Shown here: positions 43,100 to 53,140 of the stretch, one piece after another
Numbering within the stretch: the first letter of the stretch is position 1
Layout: every line of letters begins with the position of its first letter
Assembly: GCA_963734655.1 (NCBI GenBank)
Contig: CAVTHY010000003.1
Coordinates: forward strand, 683,492-747,491
Reading direction: 5' to 3'
Source: an uncultured Acidimicrobiaceae bacterium
GTDB taxonomy: Bacteria > Actinomycetota > Acidimicrobiia > Acidimicrobiales > RAAP-2
DNA: 64,000 nt
Translations under genes and position numbers: made by a program
Notes under the pieces: generated by a model
Told to the model about the DNA's origin: nothing
Seen by the model: the letters and a program-made list of their open reading frames with translations, nothing else
Databases searched by the model: none

Positions 43100-44547
43100 G
43101 ACGTCTCGCGGGTGAATAGTCCACGATCACGAATCGATTCGTCAGCGAGTGCGCTCAGGGGAACGTGGCGAACGGGAGGGCGCTGGGTCGCTATCTGCAC
43201 GTTCTCGATCGACATCCCCGTCGATGCGGCAATCATCGACTGAATGTGTCGCATGCAATTTCGCCCCTGACACAGGCCCATCCCGGCGCGCGTGTAGCTC
43301 TTGACGGTGTTGAGGTCGGACGTCGCAGAGATCGCCTCGTCGAGACGCTGGCGTGATACTTCCTCACATCGACAGATCACGGTCTCGGCACTGGCCAATT
43401 CGAAGATTCCAGCACCGACCGCGAACATCGATTGGAGCGATCGACGAAACGCTTCCTTCTGCGAGAGTTGACGGCGCAGGTTGCGCGCCAAGGACTGCGC
43501 GTCGGTCTCCTTCACCGAGCCAAGCTCCATTGCGACGCGCAGAGCGGCGAGGCGCCCCTGGGCCGTGGCGACGAGTGAACCGCGCACCCCCGTACCATCT
43601 CCGGCCCCGAAGACGCCGGGTATCGAGGTTTGACCCCACTCGTCAAGGTCGACCACCGCACCACCAAGATCTTCGTCGTAACCGAAACGGCACTCGAGCA
43701 GTCGGAAGAGCTCGCTTGAAGGGACGAAACCGTAACCGAGGCAAACGATATCGACCTCGACACGTTCCTCGGTTCCGGCGATCACCCTCCACTGATGGTC
43801 CACCGCAGCGTGGACGATGGCCTCGACGCGGTCCTCGCCTTCGGCGCGCACAATGATTCGGCGGTACCGTAAAGGAACTCGCGAGCGCAACAACTGGCCG
43901 CGGTAGCGCACGCCGTCCTTCAAGAGTGAGGCGTTTCCCCTCACCGCCTTGAGCATCGCGGCGACGGAACGCAAAGAAGGTGCGGGACCCGCCTCCAGCG
44001 CGAGGACCACGTTGACGCCGTAATGACGCAGTTGGGCGGGGAACGCAAGTGCTACCGGCCCGCTGCCGACGAAAGCTATCCGATCACCCACGCTGACGCG
44101 CGACGTCTTGAAGAGCGACTGCGCCCCTCCCGCGGTGATGACGCCCGGCAAGGTCCAACCAGGGAACGCGACAGGTCGGTCGTGGGCGCCGGGACAGATG
44201 AGGAGTCGCTTCGCGTGGATGGTCGTCATCGAGGCGGCACCGTGGGAATGGACCACTGCCGTGAAGTCCCTGATTGACACCACGCTCGTGTTGAGGAGGA
44301 ACTGGACGCCGGCCGCACGGGCCTCATTGATCAATTCGACGCCACGCTCGAAGTCACGTCCGAGGGCAGGGGGGGTGTCGATGACGAACCCCGGCCCCGG
44401 CTGCTTATGAATCTGACCACCGAGCGTCACCCGCTCATCGACGAGCAGAGTCCTGACGCCGTGTCGCGAGGCGAGAGCGCTGGCCGCGAGGCCCGCAGGA
44501 CCTCCGCCCACGACGAGAAGGTCGCACTCCAGCTCTTCGGTGATCAT
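43096..44547 (-). CDS. FAD/NAD(P) oxidoreductase + BFD-like subunit (HcnB/OoxA-like, no fused ferredoxin)
   Basis: GGGPAG, PGWTLPGV, AGDG, CRCE...GMGLCQGRNC. Confidence 0.87.
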   Translation of the reverse strand: MITEELECDLLVVGGGPAGLAASALASRHGVRTLLVDERVTLGGQIHKQPGPGFVIDTPPALGRDFERGVELINEARAAGVQFLLNTSVVSIRDFTAVVHSHGAASMTTIHAKRLLICPGAHDRPVAFPGWTLPGVITAGGAQSLFKTSRVSVGDRIAFVGSGPVALAFPAQLRHYGVNVVLALEAGPAPSLRSVAAMLKAVRGNASLLKDGVRYRGQLLRSRVPLRYRRIIVRAEGEDRVEAIVHAAVDHQWRVIAGTEERVEVDIVCLGYGFVPSSELFRLLECRFGYDEDLGGAVVDLDEWGQTSIPGVFGAGDGTGVRGSLVATAQGRLAALRVAMELGSVKETDAQSLARNLRRQLSQKEAFRRSLQSMFAVGAGIFELASAETVICRCEEVSRQRLDEAISATSDLNTVKSYTRAGMGLCQGRNCMRHIQSMIAASTGMSIENVQIATQRPPVRHVPLSALADESIRDRGLFTRETS

Positions 44548-44579
44548 CGTTACTCTCTTCGCGGACTCGTTAGTGGCGC

Positions 44580-44623
44580 CGACCCCTGCCCCGGCAACGC
44601 GCGGGTTCCCGGAACAGGGGTCG
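44580..44623 (-). other. Intergenic stem-loop after substrate-binding protein gene (mRNA stabiliser or partial terminator)
   Basis: Arms CGACCCCTG..CCGG / CCGG..CAGGGGTCG. Confidence 0.45.
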
Positions 44624-44665
44624 AACTACAGCGACACCGTTACCGGTGTCGAATCTTTCTACCTA

Positions 44666-45505
44666 TTAGCAAGCAGGCATCATGGGCAAGGTACTCGCCC
44701 CTTCAGTCGACTCGTACGCCTTGGCCATCTGACCCGACTTCTGAATTCCACAGATGAACGAGTTCAGGTACTTTACGAAGGACGTGTTGCCCTTCTGGAC
44801 CGCGTAGGAGCCGTAGGCGATGTTCAGCGGCTTGGAGAAGTTCACTGCCTTCAACACGTTGCCGTTGGCCTTGTTGAACTGACCCAAGATGTAGTCCTCC
44901 ACGACCGCTCCGTTGGCACGACCAGTCGAGACCTGCAGTAGCGCCGTGGTGTCGTCGGGGAACGTGCTTGAAGTGGCCTTGGGGAAATCACTCTTGACAA
45001 GCGACTCGTCCGTCGAGCCCTGCAGCGACGTGATGGTCACGCCGGCCTTATTCCATGCGGCGATCGTCGGCGCAAAGGTTGACTTCTTGCTCGCGGCGAG
45101 GACCAGTTCATAGGGCACGTAGGAACGACTGAAGGACACGGCCTTCTGACGAACGGCGGTCGGAGTGAGGCCCACCGACACCAGGTCGAACTTCTTCGCC
45201 TGCAACCCCGGAATGAGTCCGGTGAAGGCCAGGTTCACGATATTCAACTTGACCTTCATCTTGGCGGCGAGCAACTTGACCAGTTGGACGTCGTAGCCCG
45301 CGGGAGTTCCCGATGCCGTGGTGTACATCTCGGGCTTGAACTGCAGGTCCATTCCTACGGTCAATGTTCCGGGATTAATCAGGTGATACGGGTTGGCCGC
45401 TGCCGCAGTCGCGCTTGGACCCGTCGCCAGAAATGCCCCCGCAACGAGGGTACCTGAGCACGCCACAATGGCAGCTCGATACCTCAGTGTGGTGCTTAGC
45501 TTCAT
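44666..45505 (-). CDS. Polar amino acid ABC substrate-binding protein (second)
   Basis: GYDVQL, FTGLIPGLQAKKFD, R.KAVSFSRSY; signal peptide. Confidence 0.87.
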   Translation of the reverse strand: MKLSTTLRYRAAIVACSGTLVAGAFLATGPSATAAAANPYHLINPGTLTVGMDLQFKPEMYTTASGTPAGYDVQLVKLLAAKMKVKLNIVNLAFTGLIPGLQAKKFDLVSVGLTPTAVRQKAVSFSRSYVPYELVLAASKKSTFAPTIAAWNKAGVTITSLQGSTDESLVKSDFPKATSSTFPDDTTALLQVSTGRANGAVVEDYILGQFNKANGNVLKAVNFSKPLNIAYGSYAVQKGNTSFVKYLNSFICGIQKSGQMAKAYESTEGASTLPMMPAC

Positions 45506-45552
45506 TTCTTCTCCTTTTGGATGATTGTGCACTTCTTGTCTTTCCTTCGGTA

Positions 45553-46326
45553 CTACACCTTCGACGCCGCAATTGACTCGCGGATGGGGGCGCTTCGCGA
45601 CGCGATCGATTCAGCGCGACGCCGTTGACGAGACGTCGCGAAGCGAGAGAGCATTCCGGTCGATGGCTTGGCCAGAATCCTCTCGACCAAACGGAACAGA
45701 AAGTCGATGAGAAAAGCGGCCACGACGTAGAAGCCTGCGGCCGCTGTGTAGAGAACGAACGGTTGGTACGTTTGCGACTCGATGTTCTGAGTAACTCTCA
45801 AGAGTTCGGTCAGACCAACGACGGAGAAGACCGACGTGTCTTTCACCATACCGATAAACATGCTGCCGATATTGGGAATTGCGATGCGGGTCGCTTGGGG
45901 CAACGTCACGTGAAGAAAGATCCTCCATCGACTGAGACCCAGCGCCAGTCCCGCCTCACGCTGACCCTTGGGAATCGCCAGGAGTGCGGCTCGGTCGATC
46001 TCGGCGATGAAGGCGCCGTAGAGAAAGGTCAAGGCCACCACGCCCGACTGGAAGGGACTCAGATTGATGTTGAGCAGGAGCGACCAGCCGTAGTACACCC
46101 ACAGGACGCTCACCAACGCGGGAATGCCGCGAAAGACGTTGATGAAGAGAGCGGAAATCCACTTGACCGGACCCTTGGACATGCGACCCAGCGCCAACAC
46201 GAGGCCGAACACGACCGAGGTCACGAGGGCGACGGCCGAAACTTCGATCGCTACCCACAGGCCACTCAGGAGTTGGCCGTGGTATTGCCAGACCAGGGAC
46301 CAATCGAAGTTCGCGGCAAGCGTCAC
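45553..46326 (-). CDS. Polar amino acid ABC permease (second)
   Basis: FRGIP, AFIAEI.RA, GQREAGLALG, KDTS; GTGA overlap with ATPase. Confidence 0.9.
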   Translation of the reverse strand: MTLAANFDWSLVWQYHGQLLSGLWVAIEVSAVALVTSVVFGLVLALGRMSKGPVKWISALFINVFRGIPALVSVLWVYYGWSLLLNINLSPFQSGVVALTFLYGAFIAEIDRAALLAIPKGQREAGLALGLSRWRIFLHVTLPQATRIAIPNIGSMFIGMVKDTSVFSVVGLTELLRVTQNIESQTYQPFVLYTAAAGFYVVAAFLIDFLFRLVERILAKPSTGMLSRFATSRQRRRAESIASRSAPIRESIAASKV

Positions 46327-47123
46327 AACACCGCTCCGATGAATTCGCGCGTACGCGGATTCGTGCTCGTGTCGAAAATTTCGCGACCACCACATTCGAC
46401 GATGTTGCCGCCTTCGATGAAGACGTTCAGGTCACCAATCTCACGAGCGAAGTTCAACTCGTGCGTGACGATCACCATCGTCATGCCGGATTCGGCCAAC
46501 TTGCGCATGGCGGTCAGTACTTCTCCCACGAGCTCGGGGTCCAACGCCGACGTCGGCTCATCGAAGAGCATGACCTTGGGATCGAGACTGAGGGCCCGGG
46601 CGATCGCCACTCGTTGCTGTTGGCCGCCTGAGAGTTGGCTCGGATAGTGAGCGGCCCACGGCAGGAGGCCGACGCTCGCTAGTGCTTCGACGGCCCGCTC
46701 CTCGGCGGCCTCTCGAGACACACCCTTCGCCCGTCGCAACGCGAAGGTCACGTTGCCCAGGACGGTCAAATGAGGAAAGAGGTTGAACTGCTGAAAGACC
46801 ATACCGACTTGACGGCGAAGCGCCAAGGGAGAACCGCGCTCCTTCTTCGAGCACTCAGCAGGCCCGTACTCGACACCGAGGACCCGCAGTGATCCTTCGT
46901 CCGGTGGCTCCAACAAGTTGATGGAACGCAAGAGCGTCGACTTCCCAGAACCCGATGGACCGAAGATCACCACGTGTTCACCAGCGTGAATCGAAAGGTC
47001 GACGCCATGGAGAACCTCGACTGATCCGAACTTCTTCTTGATGCCACGCAACTCGATGACCGCGTTGCCACGCGTGGGAGGGTGCGGCGAGGAATCGTTA
47101 CTATGCACTGAATTGGTCGTCAT
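46323..47123 (-). CDS. Polar amino acid ABC ATP-binding protein (second)
   Basis: [27 protein letters not shown]. Confidence 0.93.
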   Translation of the reverse strand: MTTNSVHSNDSSPHPPTRGNAVIELRGIKKKFGSVEVLHGVDLSIHAGEHVVIFGPSGSGKSTLLRSINLLEPPDEGSLRVLGVEYGPAECSKKERGSPLALRRQVGMVFQQFNLFPHLTVLGNVTFALRRAKGVSREAAEERAVEALASVGLLPWAAHYPSQLSGGQQQRVAIARALSLDPKVMLFDEPTSALDPELVGEVLTAMRKLAESGMTMVIVTHELNFAREIGDLNVFIEGGNIVECGGREIFDTSTNPRTREFIGAVL

Positions 47124-47227
47124 AGTTCTTGCGCTTGTCGATCACGACGTGACGCAATGAGCGCCACAATCACGTTCGACGAACTGATCTCCCTCCCCAC
47201 ATTGAAAATTCAGAATAGCCCGATTTC

Positions 47228-47261
47228 GCCCGTGGTACGGGCAACTGTACGCATAGTGACA
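47228..47261. promoter_or_regulatory. Tandem IclR-type operator pair 6
   Basis: GCCCG-TGGTA-CGGGC (47228) and GTACG-CATAG-TGACA (47247), upstream of second ABC operon. Confidence 0.65.
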
Positions 47262-47458
47262 TCCCGTGTCAATGACAATACGGGAAATTATTGTTAATTT
47301 CTGAAGAACTGCGCACTATGCAAACCCGCACTGGAGCCGGAATATCACCGAAGTGCGGTTGCTACGATTCAACGTGCCCCAGCGAAAGAGGACACGACAT
47401 CGTTACGCGTTGAGCGAACCTCGAGCCTGAGAAGAACTGGCCGAGGGTTCGTTGCCGC

Positions 47459-47779
47459 CTAGGAGTGTGAGGAAACTCCACTTTGACGATCGATTCGCAT
47501 GTCGGCCCGCACGGGAGTCATGCACGCGCGTGTGTTGGGAACACCGTCGACCACGACGAGGCAGTCATAACAGACGCCCATCCCGCAAAAGATTCCCCGG
47601 GGAGCCCCGTTGACGGTAGTTCGCGTCGACAAGCCTTCTAGGGCGACGAGGACCGCGGCGACTGACTCGCCATCGAAGGCCACCGTCGGTCGTCCGTCCA
47701 CCACGAGCGACACCTGAGGACCTCGACGAAGACCATCATCTTGAGAAAGTGGGAGGCGACCTCGGCGAAAACGCTTCAT
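47459..47779 (-). CDS. [2Fe-2S] ferredoxin-like small subunit (HcnA-like)
   Basis: GESVAA, GIFCGMGVCYDC...RAC; TACGAT 6 nt upstream of the ATG suggests a leaderless mRNA. Confidence 0.85.
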   Translation of the reverse strand: MKRFRRGRLPLSQDDGLRRGPQVSLVVDGRPTVAFDGESVAAVLVALEGLSTRTTVNGAPRGIFCGMGVCYDCLVVVDGVPNTRACMTPVRADMRIDRQSGVSSHS

Positions 47780-48270
47780 GGCTGCATCGTAATACGTGAC
47801 TCGACCCCACACGTCACCAGTTCACCCGCTCCTTGACGCCGTGATGGAATCCTCCTTCGACAATCGGTGTGTTCTCGTCGCTCGTCGTGACGAGCTCGAA
47901 TCCTCTGACGGCGAGGCCAAGGACCATGGGACGCCGTGCACTCATTCGGAACACTGTCGATCACGCCGGGCCGAAGTCGATGGCGAACTCGTGGTCGACG
48001 CTCGCGACGATGGTTGATGAACAATGCGACGAAACGGCCGACTACTATCAATCTTCACCACGGCGAAATCAACGCCGTCACCGCGAAATCACAGATCCAT
48101 TGACTTGCGCGAGAGGCGACGCGACCTCCAACCCTGAGGCGTGCGACGTTGTCACGGTCGCCACTATCTGTAGGGTGGACTTGCTCACGGACTCACCCGA
48201 CTCGTGTCGCCGTCGTCGATCTCCGCGAACATTTTTGCAATTCATTTCGCTCAAGATGCAAGGAGTCACC

Positions 48271-49035
48271 ATGATGGACTTAGCGACGAAGACGATTCTC
48301 CTGACGGGAGCCTCGAGTGGCATCGGAGCGGAGACCGCGAAGGTCCTCGGCGAGTCCGGCGCCCACGTCATCGCCCACTACGTCGACGATCTCGATGGGG
48401 TCGAGCACGCGACCAGAGATATTCCTGACGACCGCAAACTACTGCTCTCGGCCAATTTCGAAGAGCCCGGCTCCGCGAGACGGCTGTGGCGTGAAGCGCT
48501 TTCGTGGCGCGGTGTCGTCGACGTGTTGGTCAACAACGCCGCAATCATGCCCGAGACGGCACTGTCCGGCAGCGACGAGGAGTGGGACCAGGGATGGGCT
48601 CGTGCGTTGCAGGTCAATCTCGTCGAGCCGTCGAGTCTGACGAGGGAAGCAGTACTGCACTTCGTCGACACGGGTGGCGGCATCGTCATCTCGCTCTCGA
48701 GTTGGGCGGCTCAACGAGGCTCGGCGATCGCCACGTTGTCCGCGTACGCGGCGACCAAGTCTGCGATCAAGGCACTCACTCAAACCATCGCCCGCAACTA
48801 CGCCAAGGACGGCGTCCTCGCGTACGTGGTCGCACCCGGCATCGTTCGTACGTCCATGTCGCTCATTTCTGCCACCGCACGAGGAGGAGACGACGCCGTG
48901 AAGGCGATTTTGCCCTTAGGGGACCTGGTGCCGACGTCGGAAGTCGCCAACATGGTCGCATTCCTCTCGAGCGGTCTCTGCCGGCATCTCACCGGTGCGA
49001 CCATCGATATGAACGGCGCGGCCTACATTCGTTGA
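48271..49035 (+). CDS. SDR family oxidoreductase (paralog of 22449-23213)
   Basis: AGGAG RBS; TGASSGIG, NNAA, YAATK. Confidence 0.9.
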   Translation: MMDLATKTILLTGASSGIGAETAKVLGESGAHVIAHYVDDLDGVEHATRDIPDDRKLLLSANFEEPGSARRLWREALSWRGVVDVLVNNAAIMPETALSGSDEEWDQGWARALQVNLVEPSSLTREAVLHFVDTGGGIVISLSSWAAQRGSAIATLSAYAATKSAIKALTQTIARNYAKDGVLAYVVAPGIVRTSMSLISATARGGDDAVKAILPLGDLVPTSEVANMVAFLSSGLCRHLTGATIDMNGAAYIR

Positions 49036-49091
49036 TCCGCATCATGCTTTGGCGCCGGGATACTGCACGCCCTTGCTACGCTACAGAGAGT

Positions 49092-49125
49092 GTCGTAATA
49101 TCGTACAATTGTGCGAAATGCGTAC
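49092..49125. promoter_or_regulatory. Tandem IclR-type operator pair 7
   Basis: GTCGT-AATAT-CGTAC (49092) and GTGCG-AAATG-CGTAC (49111), upstream of CoA-transferase operon. Confidence 0.7.
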
Positions 49126-49218
49126 AAACTAGGAGGGACATCGTGGTTTCGTATCCCGTAACGTCCCTCATTTTCAGAGGAGCAGCGTGACACAGTCTCC
49201 AAGGACGATGCGCTAGTC

Positions 49219-50082
49219 GTGGCTCGTTTTGTTCCACTTCACGAGGCCATTAGGGATCAGGTCCACGATGGCGACGCCGTAGCTCTCGAAGGATTTACCC
49301 ACTTGATTCCGTTTGCGGCGGGTCACGAGATCATTCGCCAACGACGTCGCGACCTCACGCTGATCCGCATGACGCCCGACATCATTTACGACCAGCTCAT
49401 CGGCATGGGGTGCGCCAAGAAGCTGGTGTTTTCGTGGGCGGGCAATCCCGGCGCCGGTTCGCTGCACCGATTTCGAGACGCCGTCGAGAACGCGACACCT
49501 CACGAACTCGCAATCGAGGAGCACAGTCACGCGGGTATGGCCGCTCGGTACCAGGCGGGCGCGTCGGGATTACCCTTCGGCGTCTTGCGCGGTTACCGCG
49601 GAACTGATCTCTACGACGTGACCAAATCCATCAAGGAGATCACGTGCCCCTTCACCGGCGAGATTCTCGCCGCCGTGCCAGCCCTCACACCTGATGTCGG
49701 TGTGATCTGCGCCCAACAGGCCGATCGGCGAGGGAACGTCATGATGTGGGGAATCACTGGTGTTCAGAAAGAAGTGGTGCTGGCTTCGAAGCGATCTGTC
49801 GTACTCGTTGAGGAGGTCGTCGACGAATTCTCACCGCAGAGGAATGGCGTCGTTCTGCCCGCGTGGGTCATCGACACGATCTCGGTGGTGCCGTCGGGCC
49901 CGCACCCTTCCTACTCTCAGGGCTACTCGCAACGCGACAATCCCTTTTACGCGTCGTGGGAGCGCATCAGCCGGGACCGCGAGGTTTTCCTCACCTGGAT
50001 GAACGAGCACGTGCTGGACACCGTCGACCACGCTGGCTACCTCGCGTCACTCGAGAGTGCGCGTGATGGGAGCGTCTCATGA
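49219..50082 (+). CDS. CoA-transferase subunit A (glutaconate / 3-oxoadipate CatI type)
   Basis: EGFTHLIPFAAGHEIIRQ, RMTPD, GNPG.GSLHR, EEHSH. Confidence 0.87.
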   Translation: MARFVPLHEAIRDQVHDGDAVALEGFTHLIPFAAGHEIIRQRRRDLTLIRMTPDIIYDQLIGMGCAKKLVFSWAGNPGAGSLHRFRDAVENATPHELAIEEHSHAGMAARYQAGASGLPFGVLRGYRGTDLYDVTKSIKEITCPFTGEILAAVPALTPDVGVICAQQADRRGNVMMWGITGVQKEVVLASKRSVVLVEEVVDEFSPQRNGVVLPAWVIDTISVVPSGPHPSYSQGYSQRDNPFYASWERISRDREVFLTWMNEHVLDTVDHAGYLASLESARDGSVS

Positions 50083-50849
50083 CGACGCGACCACCCGCTA
50101 TTCAGTGGACGAGCGATGAGATGATGACGGTTGCCGCCGCTCGAGAACTAGCCAATGGTTCGGTCTGTTTCGTGGGAATCGGTCTGCCGAGCACCGCCGC
50201 CAACCTGGCGCGGGCCATTCACGCTCCCGACGTAGTCTTGATCTACGAATCCGGGTGCATCGGGGCGAAGCCGGACCATGTTCCTCCGTCCATTGGCGAC
50301 GGCATCCTCAGCGAGACGGCCGACGCGGTCATCTCAGTTCCGGAGATATTCACCTACTGGCTCCAAGCGGGGCGGATCGACGTGGGATTCTTGGGCGCGG
50401 CGCAAGTCGATCGCTGGGGCAATATCAATACCACCGTGATCGGTGACTACGGTCATCCCAAAGTGCGACTACCCGGTGCCGGAGGCGCACCCGAGATAGC
50501 GACGTCGTGCAAGAGCGTCATCATCACGCTGCGCCATGGACCACGAGCCCTCGTCGAGAAGCTTGATTTCGTGACCTCCTTGGGGCATGGTGACGGGCAA
50601 CACTCGCGCCAGCGCTGGGGAATGCCCGGAGCCGGTCCACAAGTCATCATCACCGACCTCGGCGTCCTTCGTCCCGATCATGAGTCCGGGGAGTTCTCTC
50701 TCGTCGCAGTACATCCCGGCGTCGATGTGAGCGACGTGGTGAGCGCCACCGGATGGGCGCTGCACGTGGCGCCCACTCTGATCGAAACACCAGCGCCAAC
50801 AGAACTCGAACTGGCGGCGTTGCGCCAATTCGTGGGTCACGAACACTAA
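50079..50849 (+). CDS. CoA-transferase subunit B
   Basis: FVGIGLP, LIYESG (catalytic Glu), RLPGAGGAPEIA; ATGA overlap. Confidence 0.87.
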   Translation: MTTRPPAIQWTSDEMMTVAAARELANGSVCFVGIGLPSTAANLARAIHAPDVVLIYESGCIGAKPDHVPPSIGDGILSETADAVISVPEIFTYWLQAGRIDVGFLGAAQVDRWGNINTTVIGDYGHPKVRLPGAGGAPEIATSCKSVIITLRHGPRALVEKLDFVTSLGHGDGQHSRQRWGMPGAGPQVIITDLGVLRPDHESGEFSLVAVHPGVDVSDVVSATGWALHVAPTLIETPAPTELELAALRQFVGHEH

Positions 50850-50868
50850 GAACCTACGGGAGGACTCG

Positions 50869-52050
50869 ATGAACGAGGTCTACATTGTCGATGCTGTACG
50901 CACCCCCATGGGGCGTATCGGAGGCTCCCTCGCCCACGTGCGCCCCGATGACCTAGCCGCCACGGCACTCTCGGCGCTGATGGCGCGACAGACTCACTCC
51001 ACGACCACAGACATCTCTGGCGTCGTGCTCGGAAACTCCAATGGCGCCGGCGAGGAGAACCGCAACGTGGCGCGGATGGCGCTGCTTCTCGCGGGATTCC
51101 CGACGTCAGTACCGGGAGCGAGCGTCAATCGACTCTGTGGCTCTGGGATGGAAGCCGTCCTCCAGGCGAGCCGTGAAATCGCAGTCGGCGACGGCGACCT
51201 GGTCATCGCCGGTGGGGTCGAATCAATGTCGCGGGCACCGTGGGTGGTGGCCAAACCCGATCGTGCCTTTGCACGAGACCACCAGACGATGTTTTCGACG
51301 ACCCTCGGCTGGCGCATGATCAATCCTGAGATGCGCTCCGAGTGGACGGTGGCCCTCGGAGAAGGGGCAGAAATACTCGCCGACGAGTTCAAGATCTCGC
51401 GCGAGGAGCAAGACGTTTTTGCCGTACGCAGCCACCAACGCGCGGCGGCGGCGTGGAAGAGCGGGGCTTTCGAGAACGAATGCATTGCGGTGCCCTCCGC
51501 CGACCTGAGCATGGACGAATGTGTTCGCCCCGAATCCAGCATTGAGGCGTTAGCCCGATTACGACCAATCTTTCGTGACAACGGTACGGTGACGGCGGGG
51601 AACGCGTCACCGATGAATGACGGGGCCGCCGCGATGCTCTTGATGAGCGAACGCGCGGTGAACGAGCGCGGTGTGACGCCTCTGGCAAGAATCGCCAGTC
51701 GCGCTGTCACTGCCGTTGAGCCACAGCGTTACGGCGTGGGGCCCGTCGAAGCGGCGCAGATCGCGCTGGAACGTGCGGGCATTGGCTGGAGCGATCTCGC
51801 TGTGGTGGAACTCAATGAGGCGTTCGCCTCGCAGTGCCTCGCGTGTCTCAAATCCTGGCCCGAACTCGACTCGTCCATCGTCAACCCCCTCGGTGGGGCT
51901 ATTGCGCTGGGACACCCCATTGGCGCCTCGGGAGCACGACTCGTCACCACATTGGCCCACGAACTTCGCCGAGGCGGAGGTGGCTGGGGACTCGCCGCAA
52001 TGTGCATCGGTGTGGGACAAGGTATTGCGGTGGTCCTCGACGCCCGCTAG
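50869..52050 (+). CDS. Thiolase (PcaF/PaaJ-like)
   Basis: VRPDDLAA, NRLCGSG, NEAF, GHPIGASG, CIGVGQG. Confidence 0.9.
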   Translation: MNEVYIVDAVRTPMGRIGGSLAHVRPDDLAATALSALMARQTHSTTTDISGVVLGNSNGAGEENRNVARMALLLAGFPTSVPGASVNRLCGSGMEAVLQASREIAVGDGDLVIAGGVESMSRAPWVVAKPDRAFARDHQTMFSTTLGWRMINPEMRSEWTVALGEGAEILADEFKISREEQDVFAVRSHQRAAAAWKSGAFENECIAVPSADLSMDECVRPESSIEALARLRPIFRDNGTVTAGNASPMNDGAAAMLLMSERAVNERGVTPLARIASRAVTAVEPQRYGVGPVEAAQIALERAGIGWSDLAVVELNEAFASQCLACLKSWPELDSSIVNPLGGAIALGHPIGASGARLVTTLAHELRRGGGGWGLAAMCIGVGQGIAVVLDAR

Positions 52051-52135
52051 TCCCTCCATAAACCTGTGGCGTGGCCGAAATCACCCGCCGATCGATCGGC
52101 TGCTTCTCGTGTGCTTCAGCAGAAGCGAGAGAGAG

Positions 52136-53140
52136 TCAACTCGAACCCGAAGGTGTCGCCTCGAGGTTGAAGACTTCCGGCGACTCTTGTCGGACGTGTT
52201 CCAGTGTCATCAAGGCGAGATCGCGCTTCTCGCAATTCTCTACCCACTCTTCTAGAGGCAATCGGCGATGTACCGATTCGGCGACGCGGGCCACCAAGTC
52301 CGGCGACCACTCATCGTGCTGACCTCGTTCGGCACCCATGCGAGCGTACGCCGGCCCGAGCTTCTTGGCGTGCGACTCGATGCCGCCACGAGTATTGAGA
52401 TCCGCTGTCTCGAATGGCCCGATCACCGACCAGCGCCGTCCCAGCCCATCGTGCACGATGCGGTCGATGTCTTCGGGTTCGGCGACACCATCGCGAACAA
52501 GACAGTAGGCCTCACGAAGAAGCGCTCCTTGTAGTCGGTTGTAGACGAAGCCTTCGATTTCCTTCTTGACTTCGATGACCGTGAGTCCCGCGGAGGCCAT
52601 CAGCGTCCCTGTCGCGCTCACGGTCTGAGACGAAGTAAACGGCGCGGGGACCAGTTCGACCACGGGAAGAAGATACGGAGGATTTGCGGGATGCGCGACG
52701 ATGCATCGTGAACGGCTGTCGAGAGTGGCCGCGAATGCCGAGCACGTGATCGCCGACGAGGAACTCGCGAAGACGGCCTCCGACGGCGCCAAGGATTCCA
52801 AGGTCTCGAAGAGTTCTCGCTTGAGTTCCAGCGACTCAGGGGCGCATTCTTGGATGAATCGCGCAGCGCCAACCGCCGTAGCGAGATCTGACTCGAACGT
52901 CACCAACCCGAGTACGTGTGTGGGATCCTTCAGGAGTTCAGCCGCGTGAAGTCGCGAAACCACCCCTTCGAACTCGCGGCGCGCGTCGTCGAGTCGCCCA
53001 GGATCGAGGTCGTAGACGACGACCCTCTCGCGCGATCGCGCAAATACGGTCGCCCAGCCCACGCCGATGCTGCCGGCACCGATGACCGCGATATGACCCG
53101 CGTGCTCTTCTTTCACGTCGCGCCTTTCCGTAGGGTCCAT
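52136..53140 (-). CDS. 3-hydroxyacyl-CoA dehydrogenase family (lambda-crystallin / carnitine dehydrogenase-like)
   Basis: GAGSIG, QECAPE, HPANPP, GFVYNRLQ, GLGRRW..GPFE. Confidence 0.82.
   Translation of the reverse strand: MDPTERRDVKEEHAGHIAVIGAGSIGVGWATVFARSRERVVVYDLDPGRLDDARREFEGVVSRLHAAELLKDPTHVLGLVTFESDLATAVGAARFIQECAPESLELKRELFETLESLAPSEAVFASSSSAITCSAFAATLDSRSRCIVAHPANPPYLLPVVELVPAPFTSSQTVSATGTLMASAGLTVIEVKKEIEGFVYNRLQGALLREAYCLVRDGVAEPEDIDRIVHDGLGRRWSVIGPFETADLNTRGGIESHAKKLGPAYARMGAERGQHDEWSPDLVARVAESVHRRLPLEEWVENCEKRDLALMTLEHVRQESPEVFNLEATPSGSS

Noticed and set aside
27588-47779. HCN synthase (cyanogenesis) call
   Set aside because: HcnABC-like folds are shared with opine and hydroxyproline dehydrogenases; importers and lyases indicate catabolism
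47780-48270. Short ORFs, SDR N-terminal extension and an IclR operator in this gap
   Set aside because: No protein motifs; AGGAG RBS supports start 48271; no convincing paired box
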